This document shows positions 6,992 through 12,771 of a stretch of DNA of 13,080 nucleotides, piece by piece. A model generated the notes under the pieces. It did not search any database, had not been told where the DNA came from, and was given only the letters and a program-made list of their open reading frames with translations. This stretch comes from a virus (lineage: Duplodnaviria; Heunggongvirae; Uroviricota; Caudoviricetes), in IMG/VR virus record IMGVR_UViG_2563366976_000005. One strand, 5' to 3'. Each line of letters begins with the position of its first letter. Position 1 is the first letter of the stretch. A program made the position numbers and the translations under genes.

Positions 6992-7773
6992 GCAGCCACC
7001 TTCTGCTCAGTGGCTTTCTGTTTCAGGAATCCAAGAGCTTTCACTGCTTCGGCCTGTGTCAGTTCTGACGATGCGCGAATGTCGCGGCGAAATATCTGGG
7101 AACAGAGCGGCAATAAGTCGTCATCCCATGTTTTATCCAGGGCAATCAGCAGAGTGTTAATCTCCTGCATGGTTTCATCGTTAACCGGAGTGATGTCGCG
7201 TTCCGGCTGACGTTCTGCAGTGTATGCGGTATTTTCGACAATGCGCTCGGCTTCATCCTTGTCATAGATACCCGCAAATCCGAAGGCCAGACGGGCACAC
7301 TGAATCATGGCTTTATGCCGTAACATCCGTTTGGGATGCGACTGCCACGGCCCCGTAATTTCTCTGCCTTCGCGGGTTTTGAATGGTTCGCGGCGGCATT
7401 CATCCATCCACTCGGTAACGCAGATCGGATGATTACGGTCCTTGCGGTAAATCCGGCATGTACAGGATTCATTGTCCTGCTCAAAGTCCATGCCATCAAA
7501 CTGCTGGTTTTCATTGATGATGCGGGACCAGCCATCAACGCCCACCACCGGAACGATGCCATTCTGCTTATCAGGAAAGGTGTAAATTTCTTTCGTCCAC
7601 GGATTAAGGCCGTACTGGTTGGCAACGATCAGTAATGCGATGAACTGCGCATCGCTGGCATCACCTTTAAATGCCGTCTGGCGAAGAGTGGTGATCAGTT
7701 CCTGTGGGTCGACAGAATCCATGCCGACACGTTCAGCCAGCTTCCCAGCCAGCGTTGCGAGTGCTGTACTCAT
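6988..7773 (-). CDS. bet: Lambda Bet single-strand annealing protein (Red beta)
   Basis: The 261-aa [67 protein letters not shown]... is lambda Bet by recall. A 4-nt overlap links it to exo. Confidence 0.97.
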   Translation of the reverse strand: MSTALATLAGKLAERVGMDSVDPQELITTLRQTAFKGDASDAQFIALLIVANQYGLNPWTKEIYTFPDKQNGIVPVVGVDGWSRIINENQQFDGMDFEQDNESCTCRIYRKDRNHPICVTEWMDECRREPFKTREGREITGPWQSHPKRMLRHKAMIQCARLAFGFAGIYDKDEAERIVENTAYTAERQPERDITPVNDETMQEINTLLIALDKTWDDDLLPLCSQIFRRDIRASSELTQAEAVKALGFLKQKATEQKVAA

Positions 7774-7778
7774 CCGTT

Positions 7779-8075
7779 TTATACCTCTGAATCAATATCA
7801 ACCTGGTGGTGAGCAATGGTTTCAACCATGTACCGGATGTGTTCTGCCATGCGCTCCTGAAACTCAACATCGTCATCAAACGCACGGGTAATGGCTTTTT
7901 TGCTGGCCCCGTGGCGTTGCAAATGATCGATGCATAGCGATTCAAACAGGTGCTGGGGCAGGCCTTTTTCCATGTCGTCTGCCAGTTCTGCCTCTTTCTC
8001 TTCACGGGCGATCTGCTGGTAGTGACGCGCCCAGCTCTGAGCCTCAAGACGATCCTGAATGTAATAAGCGTTCAT
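7779..8075 (-). CDS. gam: Gam RecBCD inhibitor (98-aa GamS form)
   Basis: [56 protein letters not shown]... is lambda Gam by recall. Confidence 0.95.
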   Translation of the reverse strand: MNAYYIQDRLEAQSWARHYQQIAREEKEAELADDMEKGLPQHLFESLCIDHLQRHGASKKAITRAFDDDVEFQERMAEHIRYMVETIAHHQVDIDSEV

Positions 8076-8150
8076 GGCTGAACTCCTGAAAATGGCTGTG
8101 AAAATATCGCCCGCGAAATGCCAGGCTGATTAGGAAAACAGGAAAGGGGA

Positions 8151-8357
8151 TTAGCGATTCAGGCCGTTACCGCGTCCGTCGAGAAAAACTTCCACGAGCA
8201 AATCACGGGTATAAGTGCGCTCGATGCCGCGATGCAGATAAAGCCGTCCGCGTAAATTAGCTGATGCAGTCCAGGTACCATCTTTGTGTTTGACCAGCAT
8301 TCCTGGCATGACCGCACCTCGATTAACGGTCTGCGTTCCGTAATGTTGATGAACCAT
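8151..8357 (-). CDS. KilR-like small protein (putative FtsZ-directed host-killing function), in place of lambda kil
   Basis: 68 aa from MVHQHYGTQ with a strong SD (gcAGGAGtttttATG). By recall it aligns along its full length with Rac KilR: MIAHHFGTD.., ..YIASANN..KLYI.., ..IKVFLGRDAGG... The ORF-track frame is open upstream to a TTG at 8561, but without an SD. Confidence 0.55.
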   Translation of the reverse strand: MVHQHYGTQTVNRGAVMPGMLVKHKDGTWTASANLRGRLYLHRGIERTYTRDLLVEVFLDGRGNGLNR

Positions 8358-8578
8358 AAAAACTCCTGCCCGTAAGCTGGGCTGCTGAACATATAGAGAC
8401 TTCTGCGCGTATTCAGGCGGTGGATGGCCGCCGGTTGTCATAACTAAGTCGCCTCGTTGAAGCGACTGAGGTATGAAGTGTTGAGTTGATTTCAGCTGGT
8501 CACACCGACGTTCACGCGTCCGCTTCACCCCTCGCACTCCCCGAAGCCTGCTGAAATTCAAACTGCGGATCTAAGCGG

Positions 8579-8630
8579 TCATCGCAACGGTGAAACAGGT
8601 GGTTACCGTATCGTTGTGTCGTTGCGATGA
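8579..8630 (-). other. Long inverted repeat at the 5' end of the predicted pL transcript
   Basis: tcatcgcaacg (8579..8589) and cgttgcgatga (8620..8630) are perfect 11-nt complements around a 30-nt loop. The loop contains acggt/accgt and a second cgttg copy that allows alternative pairing. No U-tract follows. Confidence 0.5.
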
Positions 8631-8634
8631 ATTT

Positions 8635-8710
8635 ATTTAAAACTATAGTTGTTTTATCGTCAACAACAAAAGTTGTTTTGTCGGTTGTTTTAAATATAAC
8701 TGGTTGTATT
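8635..8710 (-). promoter_or_regulatory. pL / oL region
   Basis: The minus strand has TTGACG (8663..8658), a 17-nt spacer, then TTAAAT (8640..8635). The block GTTGTTGAC..AAAACAAC.ATAGTTTTAA is shared with pR. GTTGT/ACAAC half-sites start at 8648, 8663, 8672, 8684 and 8703. Confidence 0.6.
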
Positions 8711-8802
8711 TAGGATGGATTTATTTTGTGACTTGCATCGCATAGCGATAACTGAAGTGAGGTGTGGTGGTTTTTTGGACGGTATGAGTTATGAGGGGGA
8801 GG

Positions 8803-8830
8803 AAAAGAAAACCCGGCGCGGTTGCCGGGT
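8803..8830 (-). terminator. Intrinsic terminator after the lipoprotein gene (functional analogue of t-imm)
   Basis: The minus strand reads acccggc-aaccgc-gccgggt followed by tttcttttcc. The stem is 7 bp (8811..8817 with 8824..8830). Confidence 0.75.
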
Positions 8831-8837
8831 ATGATTA

Positions 8838-9218
8838 TCAGTCAGCCCAACCTGATTTCGAGTTTATTTGGGTTTCTGACATTGTGTATTTCTTAATCGT
8901 GTCATCGTTAAAAAGAATAGTAAGTTCTTTTTTCGTACCGTTCGTTCCATTATGGAATAATCCATAGAATGGAATAAAAGTGGTGCCATTAACTTTTACT
9001 TTTGCAAAGGCGTACTTCCAGATCTCGTTTCCACTGTCAGTATATGAAACAGCATCAGGAGAACCAAAGTAAGATTTAACCTCATTCTTGGTTGTTTTAC
9101 CTTCCTGAAGTTTAGACTGGACACTAATTTCAGTTTCATTTTTGAGTTGCTGGTTGCCTGAAGAAGCACACCCAGCCAATACAGATGCCATCATGGCAGC
9201 GATTAGGATTTTTCTCAT
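8838..9218 (-). CDS. Prophage-encoded lipoprotein, BamE/SmpA-OmlA (BLIP-fold)-like
   Basis: 126 aa. The signal peptide carries lipobox LAGC, and +2 is Ala, which predicts outer-membrane sorting. KLQEGKTTKNEVKSYFGSPD fits the motif common to BamE-like small lipoproteins. The gene is visibly AT-rich compared with its neighbours. It occupies the rexAB position between cI and pL. Confidence 0.7.
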   Translation of the reverse strand: MRKILIAAMMASVLAGCASSGNQQLKNETEISVQSKLQEGKTTKNEVKSYFGSPDAVSYTDSGNEIWKYAFAKVKVNGTTFIPFYGLFHNGTNGTKKELTILFNDDTIKKYTMSETQINSKSGWAD

Positions 9219-9447
9219 TTTATGTTTCCATTCATTATAATCAGAAACATCTTAACATAATGATTCGAAATAAAAACCGCTACGAGATAGGGGGACATTT
9301 TGCTGACAGTAGCAACAAATCTCAGCTAACAACGAGAATATTTACTGAAATATGCAAACAGATTTGGCGTTCTTATAGAGAATTTAGTGCAATATCTAAT
9401 CCGAGTGGTATAAACCTTAACCTTCGCTCCCTTAAGTCGTAGATAAA

Positions 9448-10137
9448 TTAACCATGCTTCCTGTACGTCTGCGGCATGCTTCCAATGACCTTACCGAATA
9501 TGAACACCCGGTTCATCTCGTCTTTCTCGATCGGGTCCCACGGCGAGTAGCTCTTGTTATCAGAGATAACCAGCAGCTTATCCTTCATCATTTGAAGACG
9601 TTTTACATGGGCAGTGTCGTCGTACAGAAACGCATAGATGCCATCACCGTCGAAAGATTTAACAGTGATATCAACGAACAGCAGGTCACCTGGTTCGATC
9701 GTCCCTGACATGCTGTCACCTCGCACGTTAATGATGCGGATATTTTCCGCCTTCCTGCCATCGAACATGTGACGAGCATCGTCAAACGAGTACTCAACCG
9801 AGCGTAGAACTTCTACAAACTCACGGTTGATTACACCTGGCCCGGCACTGACTTCTATATCAAGAACGTCAATTTTGAAGTATTTGGAATGGCTGACAGT
9901 TGATTGTATTGGTTGCACTGTACTGTCTGACATATTTCCAACGCCAGAAGATAACCATTCTGCGCGCACACCCAAAGCGTTCGCGATCTCCACGATTTTA
10001 GTTGTTTGGTTAGCTTTCCCTGTTTCGATTTTCTGAATAGCAGCCTGGCTAACCCCGACCAAATCCCCAAGCGCCTTTTGTGTAAGGCCTCGCGCTAATC
10101 TGGCTTCTTTAAGTCTTTCTGAGAGTGTTGTTTTCAT
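9448..10137 (-). CDS. cI: CI-type prophage repressor (N-terminal XRE HTH, C-terminal S24 LexA-like autopeptidase)
   Basis: 229 aa. The HTH is LTQKALGDLVGVSQAAIQKIETG. The candidate Ala-Gly cleavage site is in VSAGPG. The Ser is in GDSMSGT and the Lys in HVKRL. The gene is divergent from cro. No SD precedes its ATG. Confidence 0.9.
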   Translation of the reverse strand: MKTTLSERLKEARLARGLTQKALGDLVGVSQAAIQKIETGKANQTTKIVEIANALGVRAEWLSSGVGNMSDSTVQPIQSTVSHSKYFKIDVLDIEVSAGPGVINREFVEVLRSVEYSFDDARHMFDGRKAENIRIINVRGDSMSGTIEPGDLLFVDITVKSFDGDGIYAFLYDDTAHVKRLQMMKDKLLVISDNKSYSPWDPIEKDEMNRVFIFGKVIGSMPQTYRKHG

Positions 10138-10241
10138 AGATCAAATGTACAACCAAGGTTTTATTTCATCAAACGAAAATGGTTGTTGACTAAAAACAAC
10201 CATAGTTTTAATCTTGATTCGGATTAACCACGGAGGTTGTT
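10138..10241. promoter_or_regulatory. oR / pR / pRM divergent control region
   Basis: A perfect 9-bp inverted repeat, atggttgtt-N7-aacaaccat (10179..10203), overlaps pR -35 TTGACT (10186..10191). The pR -10 is taatct (10209..10214). Candidate pRM on the minus strand is TTGATG (10172..10167), 17 nt, then TACATT (10149..10144), which places the transcription start at or next to the cI ATG. Extra half-sites are ACAACC at 10149 and GGTTGT at 10235. Confidence 0.6.
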
Positions 10242-10472
10242 ATGAACCCAGCAATCAAAACAGCGATCAATATCGTTGGTTCACAAAAGAAACTAGGCGA
10301 TGCCTGCGAAGTTTCACAGCAGGCCGTCTATAAGTGGCTTCACAACAAAGCAAAGGTATCCCCTGAACATGTCGGCAGCATTGTTACGGCTACTGGTGGA
10401 GTTGTGAAGGCATACCAGATTCGCCCGGATCTTCCGAAGTTGTTTCCACACACCGAAAAGAACGCAGCTTAA
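10242..10472 (+). CDS. cro: Cro-like repressor, YdaS family HTH
   Basis: 76 aa with SD cggaggttgttATG. The pattern IVGSQKKLGDACEVSQQAVYKWL...TGGVV....IRPDL parallels Rac YdaS by recall. Confidence 0.8.
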   Translation: MNPAIKTAINIVGSQKKLGDACEVSQQAVYKWLHNKAKVSPEHVGSIVTATGGVVKAYQIRPDLPKLFPHTEKNAA

Positions 10473-10484
10473 ATTTCCATTTCA

Positions 10485-10497
10485 CGCTCTTTAACAA
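10485..10497 (+). promoter_or_regulatory. boxA element (nutR position)
   Basis: cgctctttaacaa matches the rrn boxA TGCTCTTTAACAA at 12 of 13 positions. It lies between cro and the CII analogue, where lambdoid nutR sites lie. Confidence 0.65.
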
Positions 10498-10541
10498 TAA
10501 GCAATCAACTTAACAGTCAATTCAAACTAAAGGAGTCAATT

Positions 10542-11081
10542 ATGCAACCACTTACATACCAACAGACTAGCGGATTTATTCCGACTGCGGTGATAAATCG
10601 TTCTCAAACAAAACAAGCTCCAGGCCACGAAAAAATCCGTGATGCCGTCCGCGCCTGGTCGGCTGTAGATAATCAGGATGTCGTTGCCGCACTCATTGTG
10701 AATGAGTATCGGGAGCAGGGCGACGGCACCATCGATTTCCCTGATGATGTCAGCCGTGCACGCCAGAAGCTGTTCCGCTTCCTCGATAACAAATTCGATT
10801 CTGAAAAATACCGAAATAACGTGCGTGAACTGACCCCGGCAATTCTGGCGGTACTACCGCTGGAATATCGCGGTTACCTGGTTGAGCAGGATAGCTTCAT
10901 GACTCGGTTGGCTGAAATGGAAAAGGAACTCAGTGAGGCAAAACAGGCTGTCATTCTCAACGCACCACGCCACCAGAAACTGAAGGAAATGAGTGAAGGT
11001 ATTGTGTCGATGTTTCGTGTGGACCCGGATCTGGCTGGTCCATTAATGGCGATGGTGACCACCATGCTGGGGGCAATATGA
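10542..11081 (+). CDS. YdaT-like protein (functional analogue of CII)
   Basis: 179 aa with SD aaaggagtcaattATG. VAALIVNEYREQG.. and LTPAILAVLPLEYRGYL parallel Rac YdaT (ANAITEEYLRQGG, LIPAILAILPRELRHRL) by recall. It sits in the cII position. Confidence 0.7.
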   Translation: MQPLTYQQTSGFIPTAVINRSQTKQAPGHEKIRDAVRAWSAVDNQDVVAALIVNEYREQGDGTIDFPDDVSRARQKLFRFLDNKFDSEKYRNNVRELTPAILAVLPLEYRGYLVEQDSFMTRLAEMEKELSEAKQAVILNAPRHQKLKEMSEGIVSMFRVDPDLAGPLMAMVTTMLGAI

Positions 11082-11167
11082 CAGGTTCAGAAATGGCGAA
11101 AGTCGGTCTGCGGGAACAGAACCGACTTTCAGGTGCAAATCGTAACACACTCATTGCGGGAGGAATT

Positions 11168-12097
11168 ATGGCAAACACTGCTGAGATATTCAATTTTCCA
11201 GTGCCGGATGCGGCACAAAAGGAGCCGCGCGTGGCAGATCTCGATGATGGTTATACGCGCATTGCAAATGAGTTGCTGGAAGCTGTGATGCTGGCCGGAT
11301 TAACACAGCACCAGCTTCTGGTCTTCCTGGCTGTCATGCGCAAAACATATGGCTTTAATAAAAAACTGGATTGGGTGAGCAACGAGCAACTTTCCGAGTT
11401 GACCGGGATATTGCCGCACAAGTGTTCTGCTGCAAAAAGCGTTCTGGTAAAGCGTGGGATTCTTATTCAGAGCGGGCGGAATATCGGCATTAATAATGTG
11501 GTCAGTGAATGGTCAACATTACCCGAATCAGGTAAGAAAAATAAAGTTTACCTGAAAGAGGTAAATTTACCTGAATCAGGTAAGAAAAGTTTACCCAAAT
11601 CAGGTAAAGGCGTTTACCCGAATCAGGTAAACACAAAAGACAAACTAACAAAAGACAATATAAAACCTTTTTCGTCCGAGAATTCTGGCGAATCCTCTGA
11701 CCAACCAGAAAACGATCTTCCTGTGGAGAAACCAGATGCTGCAATTCAGAGCGGCAGCAGGTGGGGGACAGCAGAAGACCTGACCGCCGCAGAGTGGATG
11801 TTTGACATGGTGAAGACCATCGCGCCATCAGCCAGAAAACCGAATTTTGCAGGGTGGGCTAACGATATCCGCCTGATGCGTGAACGTGACGGACGTAACC
11901 ACCGCGACATGTGCGTGCTGTTCCGCTGGGCATGCCAGGACAACTTCTGGTCCGGTAACGTGCTAAGTCCGGCCAAACTCCGCGACAAGTGGACCCAACT
12001 CGAAATCAACCGTAACAAGCAACAGGCTGGCGTGACAGCCGGAAAATCAAAACTCGACCTGACAAACACTGACTGGATTTATGGGGTGGATTTATGA
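11168..12097 (+). CDS. O: Replication initiator O (chimeric: novel N-terminal iteron-binding half, lambda-type C-terminal half)
   Basis: I chose the start MANTAEIFNF (SD gggaggaattATG) because it aligns with lambda O MTNTAKILNF. An in-frame alternative ATG at 11078 forms an ATGA overlap with the upstream stop. From about SSENSGESSDQPENDL to the end the protein equals lambda O by recall. Confidence 0.85.
   Translation: MANTAEIFNFPVPDAAQKEPRVADLDDGYTRIANELLEAVMLAGLTQHQLLVFLAVMRKTYGFNKKLDWVSNEQLSELTGILPHKCSAAKSVLVKRGILIQSGRNIGINNVVSEWSTLPESGKKNKVYLKEVNLPESGKKSLPKSGKGVYPNQVNTKDKLTKDNIKPFSSENSGESSDQPENDLPVEKPDAAIQSGSRWGTAEDLTAAEWMFDMVKTIAPSARKPNFAGWANDIRLMRERDGRNHRDMCVLFRWACQDNFWSGNVLSPAKLRDKWTQLEINRNKQQAGVTAGKSKLDLTNTDWIYGVDL
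11519..11630. repeat. ori: Replication origin iterons (five copies) inside O
   Basis: TTACCyGAAwsAGGTAA occurs at 11519..11535, 11548..11564, 11567..11583, 11591..11607 and 11614..11630. Each copy is internally palindromic (TTACC-N7-GGTAA). An A-rich tract follows at 11631..11670. The layout matches lambda ori, but the iteron sequence is different. Confidence 0.85.
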
Positions 12098-12771
12098 AAA
12101 ACATCGCCGCACAGATGGTTAACTTTGACCGTGAGCAGATGCGCCGGATCGCCAACAACATGCCGGAACAGTACGACGAAAAGCCGCAGGTACAGCAGGT
12201 AGCGCGGATCATCAACGGTGTGTTCAGCCAGTTACTGGCAACTTTCCCGGCGAGCCTGGCTAACCGGGACCAGAACGAACTGAACGAAATCCGCCGCCAG
12301 TGGGTTCTGGCTTTCCGGGAAAACGGGATCACCACAATGGAACAGGTTAACGCAGGAATGCGCGTAGCCCGTCGGCAGAATCGACCATTCCTGCCATCAC
12401 CCGGGCAGTTTGTCGCCTGGTGCCGGGAAGAAGCATCCGTTACCGCCGGACTGCCAAACGCCAGCGAGCTGGTTGATATGGTTTACGAGTATTGCCGGAA
12501 GCGTGGCCTGTATCCGGACGCAGAGTCTTATCCATGGAAATCAAACGCGCACTACTGGTTGGTTACCAACCTGTACCAGAACATGCGGGCCAATGCGCTG
12601 ACTGACGCGGAATTACGGCGTAAAGCTGCCGATGAGCTGACCTGTATGACCGCGCGAATTAACCGTGGTGAGGCGATACCTGAACCAGTAAAACAACTTC
12701 CTGTCATGGGCGGTAGGCCTCTAAATCGTGCACAGGCTCTGGCGAAGATCGCAGAAATCAAAGCGAAGTGA
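12094..12771 (+). CDS. P: Replication protein P (DnaB loader), C-terminally truncated by IS insertion
   Basis: 225 aa, lambda P by recall up to ...AKIAEIKAK. Lambda P continues FGLKGASV. Here the TGA stop (12769..12771) is the first three bases of the IS inverted repeat. Confidence 0.9.
   Translation: MKNIAAQMVNFDREQMRRIANNMPEQYDEKPQVQQVARIINGVFSQLLATFPASLANRDQNELNEIRRQWVLAFRENGITTMEQVNAGMRVARRQNRPFLPSPGQFVAWCREEASVTAGLPNASELVDMVYEYCRKRGLYPDAESYPWKSNAHYWLVTNLYQNMRANALTDAELRRKAADELTCMTARINRGEAIPEPVKQLPVMGGRPLNRAQALAKIAEIKAK

Noticed and set aside
8076-8140. Absence of the long GamL N-terminal extension seen in lambda annotation
   Set aside because: An in-frame TAA lies 18 codons upstream of the gam ATG, so only the 98-aa form is encoded. 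GamS is the known active form, so this has little biological consequence.
8358-8561. Arg-rich N-terminal extension (RGVRGVKRTRERR) of the ORF-track 136-aa protein, considered as a possible N-type antiterminator ARM with the upstream hairpin as its nut site
   Set aside because: The extension starts at a TTG with no SD. The KilR-like part has its own strong SD and full-length similarity to a 73-aa protein. No matching hairpin exists at the nutR position. It is kept only as a remote alternative under the pL-leader finding.
9185-9442. 85-aa plus-strand ORF in the AT-rich spacer between the lipoprotein gene and cI
   Set aside because: It starts inside the lipoprotein gene on the opposite strand. 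It has no SD at either candidate ATG (9185 or about 9260). Its AT-driven Asn/Ile/Lys/Ser composition looks non-coding. The spacer is better explained as promoter and regulatory DNA for the lipoprotein gene.
11078-11167. Longer O start (MTGSEMAKVGL...) forming an ATGA overlap with the upstream stop
   Set aside because: The extra 30 residues have no counterpart in lambda O. The 11168 ATG has a strong GGAGG SD and aligns with the lambda O N-terminus. This cannot be fully excluded without experimental data.
11519-11630. Five regularly spaced 17-bp repeats that might suggest a CRISPR array
   Set aside because: The repeats are internally palindromic and separated by only 2 to 12 bp. They sit inside the O gene and are followed by an A-rich tract. 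This is the classic lambdoid ori iteron layout, not repeat-spacer structure.
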